Source: Octopus bimaculoides (lineage: Eukaryota). From it: a DNA stretch of 64,000 nt. The notes below the pieces were generated by a model. That model was not told where the DNA came from, did not search any database, and saw nothing but the letters and a program-made list of their open reading frames with translations. Positions 26,686 through 39,416 of the stretch are shown piece after piece (position 1 is the stretch's first letter; the number at the start of each line of letters is the position of its first letter). The translations under genes were made by a program, and so were the position numbers. The DNA lies in the NCBI RefSeq assembly GCF_001194135.2, contig NC_068982.1:47420495-47484494 (forward strand), read 5' to 3'.

Positions 26686-29600
26686 TATTTAAAATAAAAA
26701 ACAGTTCTGCATGCTGATAATTTAGAGGATATAGGGTTAACAATTACATGTTCCATTCAATAAGTTTGCTTCACTGTCATAATGTCCAACATTGCAATTT
26801 GTGTAACATCTTAGGTGTTTACTACCATATCCATAGGTCTAGCCAAGCCTTATGAGTGAAACTATGGGAGCCCATCAAATGGACTGTACCTAAAATTCAA
26901 AAGTAGTCTCTGTCACAGGATGACTGTGGAATACTCAGCCACTTACACTTATTTATTGAGAAGGCAGCTCAGTTGTCAAACCTAAAGCCATGTTAATAAT
27001 AGTGAGTTCATTGTCCGATTCAACTCTTTTTTATTTTTTTAGTTTTGTTTGAAGAGTCAAGTGAAAGAGAATTGTCATTCAGTTCTTAATTGTAAGTTGC
27101 AGTTTATTAAGCCAATTTCTTTGGATTTTTTCTCCCTTCAATTTTTGAACATGGTTAGAAATTAGAAATATTATGATTTAATTAGAAAAAGAGAACTTGG
27201 GAGAAAATAATCAGTGATATTTCAATGTCATCTGTACATGCCAGCAATCTAAGTGATGTTGAGATTTATTGATTCTGAACAGGAATGGAATTATTACATA
27301 GTTGATCATTGATTGCATTGATGTTTCCATTAGTGATGTAGGTCCTACAAAACCATTAAACACAAAATTTTTTTGAAGAATGATAGGCAATGAGACAAGG
27401 CATACACTTCAACAGGATACTATGTCAATGACAATAATGAAAGAATGTCTTGGAATGTTTTTCTCAATGCTAGTAGCATGGCTTCTAAGTTACAGAAACA
27501 AATGAAACACAAATTCAGCTTTAAAACAGGAAACCAATGCCCAGGAATTGAATTGCTATTTTGTAAATAAACGTGGAAACACTTAAGCTGTAGCAACTTA
27601 ACTAATGTTCAGCCCACCTGGATAAGTAACAGTGACATGGCAACAAATAAAAACTATATTCACAATGTACGCCAATGATCAATTTATATCAGCAAATTTC
27701 ATCCAAATCCATTTTACACAGGGCAAAATGCATTTCATGAAAATCCCCAAGTTTCTAACAGGATTAGGAAAAGTATAGATAGAAAGCACTGTAGACCTTT
27801 TAAAAGTCAAAAAAACATTTATGAAGCTAAGCCAAAAAAATTCGAGAATCAAAACACAAACAAGAGAAAGAGTTTTATATATGGCTATGAAGAGTCTAAC
27901 TTGCAGGCTCGAAATAGAAAGTCCTTAATATTTATGGCAACTTCCATTTTAAATAGGCATATTTCATCTCAATGAAAGTGATTACAAAGCTCTTAATTAC
28001 ACACACACACACACACAAAGTAGTGGAAAAATACAACAGCCAATAAAATATATGGTGTAATTTGATAATTTTATTTTAACATCAAGCTTTTATTATAGGA
28101 CACGTGTTGTAAAATAACTTCATATTACATCTGGTAAAATAAAGTACTTATGACATATATTAAATATCAACTATAACATTTTTATACTATTTGACTATTA
28201 AGCTGTTCTTGATTGTGCAAACCTTCAATGGAAGCATTCCAGCCTTGATCATTTAGTCCTTTTGAAGACAGTGGCTCCAAGAATGCACTCATGTGTCCTT
28301 TTTCAGACAGTGGAATACAATCTGAAGGAAATTTCGCTACTACTTCTAGCAAGTCAAAATCATAAAGCTCCTACATTAGCTTGTGTTTATTTGAAATATA
28401 ATGCTGTTCTGAAAGTTATCCTTGAATGAGCAGACCTATGATCAAAAGAATTTAAGATGTGGCCATCCCACCTTTAATCCAGACAGTATATCTAAGATGA
28501 CATTCTAATAAATGCTTCTTATTTTTATAAAAAGACATCGAAAGTTACCTCGAGGGAAGGAAATTTCTTAAGCATTTGTTGCACACTGTCATACTAAATC
28601 TGGTCAAGGATTATGTTATGGGAATATGAATGTGAAATACTCAGTTACATAAGTCCACATAACTCTGTAAGGAGAATAAGGCTGGTTTCTCTGGCATATA
28701 TATTCCTTCCTGGACGAGATGCTGTTAAGTGGATACTGGAACAACGTGAAATGAAACATACTGCTCAAGAGCACCAATGTATCGCCCAGTCCAAGACTGA
28801 AACCACAATCTTAGTCACGAGTCAAACACCCTAACCACTAAGCTACCTGCCTCCACTCTGCCACTTACATAATATAATAAAATAAGTAGACACTGAATAA
28901 CCGGATAAAGTCGTTAAAAGTAGAAGGAAAAATTTATGATCCTTGGTAGAACAGACACTCAAATGAGAATTTCTTATTATTTGCTGTAGCTTTCAAGAGC
29001 ACTGCAGCTAATTTCTTACAATATATCCATGCATATTTACAAGTATATGAGGGTTGATTCTTAATTTCTAAGTCTCAATCCAAAGCAAGATTTAGGTAAA
29101 AATTTAAAACAACAACTAAAGGAAGCTCACGGGCATATGGTGTAGTGATTGAGAGTGCAGGCTACTAACCCCAAGATTCCGAGTTCGATTCCAAGCAGTG
29201 ACCCGAACAATAACAATAATAATAACAACATTGAAAAAATACCATAGGAATGAGAACCAAGGTTCGAAATTTCCCCCAAGACACCTGAAGAAGGCTGGAG
29301 GGTATATCAGTCAAAATGTGTTAACAAATAAGATGAGGACAAATATCAGTCGAATGTAAATAATTCCTCATCTCTTAAATATAGAACTGTGTTAACTAAA
29401 AGCTTATTGAAAAAAAAAAATTTTTTTTAACTAAAATCTAGAACATCAAATGGGTTTACTCATTTAACCATTAGTAAAAATGATGTATAGAAATAAAAAA
29501 CATGCATGAGTAGTAAAGCTTTTGTATTGTTCTTTGTAATATCTAGTGATTACTCAGGTATCCTACTAAATGATTATAAGTAGTAATTTGACAGTTAATG

Positions 29601-32600
29601 TTTATGAGACCCACTCATTAATCAATAGCATGGTTGCTTGGCAAACAATAGGTGTGGTTCAATTGTCAGCAAGGGGTCTTTTGTACTTGTAACTGCCATT
29701 ACACACACACACACACACACAAATATGGGTATTGGAAAATTCAGTTTCTCACTATAACTAAACAGTTTCTTCCAACCCAGGATGAAAATACTAGTCTATG
29801 CATGATAATGGACTTCTAATAAAACTGTTCCTCTAAAAATGGATTGAGTTTTTACTGTGTTAATCTCTGATTTCAAAGAAATACACAATGTTCTTACGTT
29901 TGTAAGAGGTGACTAAAATGGTTGATGACAAAGTATTCGGTCATCTAAAAAAAAATAAATAAATAAAAACACTGTCAAACCCATGCCAGCATGATGACAG
30001 ACATAAAAAGCTGCCAAAGAAGGGGTATTCAGTTCTTAATTTGAGGTCAATGGACAGGATTCTCATACTTCAATACATGTATGTTATGTAAAAATCTTAT
30101 CCAGAGGATTATGTAACCCCAACTCTTGGAATTACACTATGACAAATTCAGAAGTTTATTTATCTATGTTCGTGAAGCAAAACAATTTTACCCACGGCTA
30201 AACTGATAGTGTAAAATTTACTTCTTTTTTCTTTCTTCTTCTTTTGGTATAATTATTACTATATGATCAGTTCCTTAAATAAAAACAGTATCTAACCATG
30301 AATCAATGATACAGGCAGTTTTAAATATATCCAAAATTTTGCAACATTTAAATTCATTTATGAGCAAGGACTATATTCTCTATTTTTTCATTTTATCCAT
30401 ATTCAACACAGAGGAAAAAAATATCAGGCCTCAAACTTTGCCAACTATTGCATCACTACCCACCGCCATTTCACACCACATATGGTAAATATTACATGAT
30501 TCAGGAAGTAGCTCATGTCTACTTATACTCATTTTTTTTTTTAAAGAGATTCCTGAATATCAAGACAACTAGATCTGTCATAATGCAAAAATACCATTTC
30601 AAGTGCTAATAAAAATAAACAACATTCTAGATATGTTAGCTAATTACTACTTAAAATAGTCTCGACTATGGAAATAATGGAATATACAGAATATAGATCC
30701 TGAACATAAAGAGTATTTTGCTGGAGTTAGTCAAAATAACTTGTCTTCATTTGCTAATGTAGCCAAGCATATAGGATATTATTTGAAGTTCGAAATTGAG
30801 AAATGAAGCTTCTAAAATGTTATTTGAAGTTAATAAAACTTGCAAACCTTTCCCAAAAGAACAAATTCAAAAACAAGACATCTCTATTGGTTAAAAATAC
30901 CCAAGTTTTTCGATTTTTAACCCTTTCGTTACTGTATTTATTTTGAGATGTTGTGTTTCTTTCAGTTATTTTAAATATAACAAAGAATTTAGTAAAATAA
31001 CTTGGTTATCATTAAGCTAGTGTTGGGAACATAAATTGTGACTAAGGTTTGATGGAAGATTTTAATTCAAAACTTATGAAAACAAGACATTTGCACTGAG
31101 AGCCAGAGCTGGTTTCAGCCGGGTTGGTATCAAAAGGGTTAAACCCCTAACTTTTTTTTTCCACAACATCAGACCTTCAAAACAATGAGACTGGAAGGCT
31201 ATTTTGTGAATGGAAAAAAACTAGATCCTATTTGGCTTTAAAATAAAAAAAAGTGAGCTATTTGAGAAAATGGTAAGGGAATGTAAGCAGATGAAACGAA
31301 GTTTAAATGCCTGTATGGAGAATGGACATATGATGATGATGGTATATCTTCAAGTATAGCATATGCATATTTTGAAAGACTTCAAATCTGTTTTTAAATT
31401 ACTATTTCAGTGTTTCTAACAGTGTTGTGAAATATTCTTCATGGCTAGTCAAGAGGCCTTCAAATTACTATTTCAGTGTTTCTAACAGTGTTGTGAAATA
31501 TTCTTCATGGCTAGTCAAGAGGCCTTCAAAAATTTGAAAACCTCAATCAAGGCAGCAAGAGAAAAAGTGCCCAGTCATGAGAAACAAATATAAATTTTAA
31601 AAAAAAAATCCAACCCGAAATACAAGAAGGGTGGATGAAATCTGCATAAAAGCAAAGAAAACTGGTTGGATCAGCTTTAGCAATTCATGAAGAAAAAAAA
31701 AAAAAAAGAAACAAAAGAACTGTTTACAGCCTGCTTTTAACCTCCTTTAGCAAAACTACAAATACACTCAAGTTAGAAGCAATATATACAGCCTGATTGG
31801 ACAGCTCCTGCTACAGAGCTTCTGGTAAAGGACAGCAGGGAGCAGGGCTAGCTTTCACAGCTGCTGTAGACCTGTAATATGAAAATAAGATGGGGTAGGC
31901 AGGTGGTCTGGAAAATAGATGTTAGGCTTGTTAATGGTCAATGAAAGAAGCCAGTTTTGTAGTTTCCTACATCAAAAATAATTTTCTCCCCATTTAAGTT
32001 TGATGAGTTCTTTCAACGCTCAACCCAAGCAAAACACACAAAAGATTGTAATGGGAAGGGAATACAATATGAACTAAAATCACCAACAATACACACACAC
32101 ATTTAGAAGATAATTTGTCAACCTCAATAAATACTTTTATTGCACTTATCCCCCACACACACCCTTTTATAAGTTAAACATTAATGATTGCTTATTGCAA
32201 AAATAAGAGTAATTTAAACTATAACAAGCTCAACCAAGAACAATAACTACAAAATGAATGTGTTGTTGTTTAGTCCCAGGTTAACTATAACTGCAAAGAC
32301 ATATCATGGATGTATTCCAACAAAGGTCATGTCATGTATTTTCCAGTATCTAGAACTTCATTGTTTAACTCATTTGATACCAACTTACCCGAGATGGCTG
32401 GCCCTGGGTCAATGACAAACTTGTCAGAAAGTGATCTAAACTTTCTACTAATAAGCACAAGGCCTGAAAACTTAAAGAGGGAGGTGCTATTCAATTACAG
32501 CAATCCCAGTACCTAACTGGTACTTACTTTATTGACCCTGAACAGATAATAGGAGAAATTGACCTAGGTGGACAAAATGAGGCTAATCATTCTGTTTGGA

Positions 32601-35600
32601 ATACTAAAAGTTTGGTCAGCTCACCACCTTAAAACACCAGTTTATTTTACATAATTCATTATTTTCAAAATTATTGGAAATAACAGTAGTATAAGGTAAT
32701 GTTTATTGCCACTTCAACATGGTTTTTCCATAGGAACTATTGCCTATAGCCCCAGGAGGATGCCTCCTCTAGCTGGTTATCAATGCAATTTGCATGCAAG
32801 CAGAGGAGCATGGAATATGGTTTGGGTTTGCTCCCTTGCTTGCAATATATATTGGGTGCAAATTGCATAGATAACCAGCTGGAGGAGGCATCCTCCTGAG
32901 GTCAATAACGTTAGTAATGTTGGTTCCTATGGAACACCCATGTTAAAGTGGCAATCAACATTACTTCTCAGTATAGTTACTACTGTCATCTCTTAGAGAT
33001 CTTCTAAGTAGCCACTTTTCTTAATGGTAGTGTATTTCAACAGAAATATGGTAATAGAAGGGTTAATGTGACCTTTCTTAAAGATCTGTCACTGAGTGGA
33101 TATTCAGCCATCTCTAGCAGGCCAAGCAGGACTTTGGCTTGCAAAATTGTTGAAATAGAGTGGCCAAGGCTATAACTGAAGGAAATTAGAACTATTAGAA
33201 AAATAAGTAGTGATGGGACACAATGAAGACAAATAACTCAGTAACATAAAACATTGCAAGAGAAACAATAAGAGATTTCAATGTATTAAAGTATTTAGAT
33301 TTGATTTAGCTTTAATATGAGATGAGGATTATTTAGACATTGATTATGCTAACAAGGTTTCCCAAAGCATTTTTGTAGTCAATTTATCAGCAGATGTGAC
33401 TACTTTTCATACAATTAGAGTACACTGCAAAAGACTAACAGCCGCTGATTACAATACACTCAATGGACAAAAATCTTTACAATAGTCTTTAATTAAGTGT
33501 CTAGACATCAGTACTGAAGTCAGTAAATAAGAAAGAAAAAAAACTCAGACCACAAACATGTCACTAAAAACAATTGTCATTGGAAATGTGATCACAATTT
33601 AATATTTATAACAAACCACAAATTATATTATTTACATAAAGGGTATGACTGATGAAAAAGCCATTTCTTGAATACGTCAGACATTACCACAATCTCTAAA
33701 ATAAACCAAGGGGAAAATGTTATGTAATTAAGTTATATTAAAATTTTGCCTCAATTCGTGTCCAACGCAAAAGAAGAATATTTAATAAGCAAAAGAACAT
33801 TTAAGTAATGGCTTTTTTCTTTTTTTGAATTCTTTATAAGAAGCTTATAAGAAAAGCAACATTACTTTCCAAAGGAAATTTACTGTGATGGAAAGTAGTT
33901 TCTTTGACAAATAACTTTTGTCTGATATAGTTAATGTCAAAGTATCTATCCCAAGAGAAGCAACACATTTGATGTATCACACCACACTAAATAATTCACT
34001 CAAACCTTTATACCAAGAACTTTAACATATGGAACACCCCCCTGGTCCAGAAATTTAAGTTGATCATCAATTACATCAGCTTTATCAGTATGAGATAGCT
34101 TATGAAAGCTATAGGTACCTTTATAATTTTACAGAGATACACATAATTGCAAATAGTAAACAAGTTATCATCATCAACATCATTTAATGTCCACTTTTCA
34201 TGCTGGTGTGGGTTGGATGGCTTGACAGGAGCTGGCAAACTGGAGGACTGTGTCAAGCTCTACTGTCTGTTTTGGCATGGTTTCTACAACTGAATGCCTT
34301 TCCTTATGCCAACCACTAAAAAGTTTAAAATGTTTTAAAATCTATATTATCTGTTAACCATGCAAAAATACCTCACAATATCTTAGGTAAAAATGAATTT
34401 AAATTTCTCATCTTTTGAAAAGTGAAGACTTACAATTCACAAATTAATCAACTACTCTGAAGTTAATCTTTTATCAAAAGTGAAACTAAAATTTTAAACA
34501 TATCTGGCAAATCAAAACTAGTGAAAAGCAACTGTGACTAATTCTATAGCCACTTGTTACACGCACACACACACACACGTGCACGCACACGCACACACTG
34601 TAAAGTTTTCAATTTCAAAAAGATCTACATATTTCTATTTTGAAAATAATCAACAATCTGAAAATGTTTTAGGATAATAACAGCAAAATTTATTATCCTC
34701 ATCATCATTGCTATTATTGGTATAATGAACTTTTTATTTTTAGAATAAGATTTCAAATGTGAACACCTTACAAAATGGATTTCATATTTTTGTTCAAAAG
34801 GTTAATCATATAAATGAAAATGTGAGAGAGAAAGAGGGAGGACACTACCAGACCCATGCTATCAAGCTGTTCTGGATAAAAAGTGATTGTAATTAACTTT
34901 TCAGCAATTTAAACAAGCCATATCTGGGCCCAACTGTTTTTACCTGTTTTATGTTCAAATCAGACAGATCTAGCCTCTCACACCTACCCTACAATGTCAG
35001 TCTAAAAATGAACAATCATATCACAGAAATCCTGGTGCTTATGAGTCAATGCATGATTAATTCAAAACAACGTGAATAAATAAACATTACATTTGACAGA
35101 ATGAGCTGAATGCTAAAGGATTCACTTTCACTACAAGCAAATATTTCATCAAATTAATGTTAGAGGAGACATCTCTATTTCTAACAGCAAATTGTTGTAC
35201 AAATAAAGTTATTTTATTCAAGTCATTCCAAATACTAATTTTTACTTTATTTGAAATACCATCTGAAAACATCAAGATAAGTATCTTGGATATCTTTGAC
35301 GACTTTTTAAAAATCACTGATTTTCGAGCATTCGAGTTAAACTTTCCAAACCGAAATTAACAGTCAAAAATGGTAGGTTGACATATACATCCATATAGAA
35401 TGCAGCAGGATTCAAAAACATAGTGACAATGTTTGAATTTTTACACTATATACTATGTCAACTTGCGTGTAGGAAAATACAATACAAACTGTTCCCAAAA
35501 GAGTCCTTATTTCAAAACAAAAACAGTGGACTGGGTTATTAAGGTTGAAGAACACTGTTACTCATATATCCAAATAGTTTCATCCATTTCCAAACACTCA

Positions 35601-38600
35601 CCATAAGAGTTCAATCCTAAACTGAAATTTAACCATAACACATAATAGGATCAAGATTTTAGCATAATCAAATTAAGTCTTGGTAAATTTATAATGGGGG
35701 TGGGAGAAAGATCTCATATAAACTCTAAACCAAAGTTGTTTTTCTTTCATGTTGTATTAACACGACATAGGCAGTGTGGTTTAAAAGCTTACTTCCAAAT
35801 GGTCTTGGGCTCAGTTACTGCGCAGTATGTTGAGCAAGTGTCTTCTACTATAGCTCAGAGGTGACCAAAACATTATGAGTGGATTTGGCAGACAGAAACC
35901 AAAAGAAGCCTGTTGTTAAATTTATGTATGCATTTGTCATCCACCACCGATTTACAACCAGCGTTGGTTTACGTAACTGTGACTTAGCAGTTTGGCAAAA
36001 GAGACCGATAGGGTAAGTGCCAAGCTTTTAAAAAACAAGTATTAGGGTCAATTTGTTTGACTAAACCCTTCAAGGTAGTGCTCCAGCATGGTCACAGCCC
36101 ACTAACTGAAACAAGTAAAAAGGGAAAACAACCCCCCTCCCCGAAAATGTCATTTCTAATGATTTAGAACTTATTAAATGGGATTCAATAGCAAATCTTC
36201 ATGGCAATAATCTGAAAAACACACTGCTTTAGTTAGTAAAATAACTAGTTTTACGATTTCAATTTCATCAAAATTAATTTTGAACAAGATAAAATTCATA
36301 ATCTGCAACAAGTAATATGTTTGAACTGAGTTAAAGAACACTAGTTTCACTGATTTTAATTAGTATATGAAAATTCCAAATTCATAAGTGTTAGAACACC
36401 TAAAAATTTGTACAAGCTACAAAAACACAGAGACAGGAAATACAACTATGAAACTTGAATAGTTGGGAAACATCTATGGTACATAGCTATTTGGCATTTA
36501 CTTAAAATGACAATGTAATTATCAAATCTAGAATGCTCTACGCTAATTAACTTGCCATAAGCTATAGGAGGTATGCTTTGACTCAGCATTCAGGGTCTAC
36601 CACCTTTGTTAGTCAGCAACAAGCAAAGTAAGGACATTTACCAGTCCAATGTTTTGTTGTCACACCAGTCATGATTTTCTTAGTTCGTCATACAAATGTC
36701 AACTGTTCCTTGCAGACAAAGCTGTCACATTGGCTAACAGCTCAAAATGAATTACTTCACCACTTTAAGTAGTTGCATTTCGCATTACAAACTTTTTTCC
36801 TAATTTCAAAAACCATCTTTATCACTTGGATTAAAGTGCCTCTAATCCTGGTTTAATATTTGCTAATACCGAAAAAAAAAAATAAATAAAGTCATGAGAT
36901 ATGTTAACAAGCCAACTCATTAGTTATATATTCTAACCCTTTAGCATTTAAACTGGCCATATCTGGCAAAATATTCTACGTGTTTTATGTTCAAAACAGC
37001 CAGATCAGGTCTTTCTAAAAATAAACAATTACATCATTGAAATCTTCAAGCTACAAGATAATACATGTTTAATTCAAAACAATGTGAATAAATAAGCATT
37101 ACATTTGACAGAATAATCTGATGTTAAAGGGTTAAAATGAACCCCCAAAATACAAAAGCCCTAATCGCCTTCCCAAATTTAATGATATGGCAGAATTGCT
37201 TTACTGCTTCCTATGAGTCAGACTGCCAAGAAGCTATCCCATGCTTCACAGAAATGTAGAAGTGTCTCTTGCTTCTCTGCTTCTATTGCATTACACAAAA
37301 AAGAACAAGAACTTGTAATTCGTTTAAGCTATTACTTTACTCAACAGCTTAGATAGTGCTATTACCAATATACTAATTAATATTCAGATTTCAGTATTTC
37401 ACAACATGGGTTGGGTAGTTTTCTAAAGCTGATTATTTATCATGACTTGAGAAAGCTAAGTATTTTTAGAGGTGAACATCCTAAAACAACAGTGTGGATA
37501 GGTTACAACTTACTATCTTTCAGCTGATTTGCAATATCACCAAGTAGAACAAGAAAAATCCAATAGAAGAAAAAAAAAAAAATTGAACTCCCGATTGTGT
37601 ACTTTGACCCTAATTAGTTTGAATTGCCTCTTCAAAGAAGGGATTCTACATTCAAAGCATTCCTAGTAAACAAACGAACACAAAATGTATCTTCTTGGTG
37701 AAGGATACTTCCAATTTAGTAATCATGAAAATGACTTCAACAAAGCTTCAAGTACAACAGATTGCAGTAATATTTAACAAGACAATTAGATGAACAAAAC
37801 AGGATTCACATCAATATAAGCATATATATGGAATTTAAATATTGATTTATTTTACTACACTGATTAAATAACTAAAATTACCTTTCAAATAATTATTATA
37901 GCTATAAGACAAAATGTTACTAAACATATTTAAAAATCTCAAAATATTCACAAATTTTTATGAAGCATTGCAAATGTTTGAGTAAATGACTTATTTAGGC
38001 ACACAGAGAAAGAAAGAAAAGAAAAAAAAGCTTAAACTAAATCAAGACAATAGTGATTCAATAGTTACCCATTCAGTTATCATTTGATAATGTTTTACAT
38101 TTACACCTTTATGTTTGAACATTTTTTTTATTACAAAACAAAGAATCCATAAAAATGAAAGTAAGCACAAAGTGAGATGAAACATCTATTTTAGCTTTGT
38201 ACATGAAAACCAATCACCTGCAAAAGGCCTAATTTGAATTATTCAAGGTACACTTAAGAAGGTTGCTGATTGCCCAGATAATCCTGTGAGCAGAGTTGGT
38301 TCTGTGATCTGATAGTCAAATACCACAACCTTGGACAATGGAAGGTAGCAGGTAGAGTATCTAACTGGCAAGAAAAAGGAGCTATGGTGGAAACCATAAC
38401 GAAAGGATGATAGATTTTTAACCAACACTACTGACCCATCAAAGAGGAACAATTCAGCTGAAACATCCAAATGAATGCTTAACACCTCCAGGCCAATGCT
38501 ACATTCACCATATGTAAATAAAAAGAAAGTGTCTTTAGATGCAATTATTCTCAAGCCAAAAGTGTGTTTTGACTTTTTAGCAATGTTTATTCCCATTTGC

Positions 38601-39110
38601 TTTGAATTAATTATGCATTATACCATACCTTCAAGATTTCAATGATGTTATTGTATATACACACAATGGGCTTCCATCAGTTTCTGTTGATCAAATCCAC
38701 TCACAAGGCTTTGGTCAGCTAGCAACAGAAGACACTTGCCAAAGGTGCCACGCAGTGGAACTGAATCTAGAACCATATTTATGTAGGGCACTCCAGTTGT
38801 AGTGATAAGTGCTCCAGTTGATTTGACCAACAGAACAGCCTGCTTGTGAAATTAATGTGCGAGTGGCTGAGCACTCCACAGTCGTGTACCCTAGTATAGT
38901 TCTCAGAGATTCAGCATGAGAAACTGAATGTGACAAGGCTGGTCCATTACTGAACTACAGATACAACTCATTTTTGCCAGCTGAGGAAACTGAAGTAACG
39001 TGGAATAAATTGTCTTGCTCAAAGACAAATGAAATTCACAACTTCACGATCAGGAGCCAAGATACACTAACCATTAATCCATGCACCTTCACATATATAT
39101 CCACACATAA

Positions 39111-39151
<41 letters not shown>

Positions 39152-39374
39152 NNNNNNNNNNNNNNNNNNNNNNNNNNNNNNNNNNNNNNNNNNNNNNNNN
39201 NNNNNNNNNNNNNNNNNNNNNNNNNNNNNNNNNNNNNNNNNNNNNNNNNNNNNNNNNNNNNNNNNNNNNNNNNNNNNNNNNNNNNNNNNNNNNNNNNNNN
39301 NNNNNNNNNNNNNNNNNNNNNNNNNNNNNNNNNNNNNNNNNNNNNNNNNNNNNNNNNNNNNNNNNNNNNNNNNN

Positions 39375-39416
<42 letters not shown>

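Noticed and set aside
27170-27560. Possible decayed transposase fragment
   Set aside because: No peptide motif that I could assign to a family.
29131-29205. tRNA gene (Ser-like ACT anticodon loop)
   Set aside because: Stems are imperfect and it continues into a SINE body, so it is treated as a SINE head.
38243-38596. 117-aa minus-strand ORF in intron 1
   Set aside because: No recognisable motif and no clear splice sites; its start overlaps a MITE fragment.
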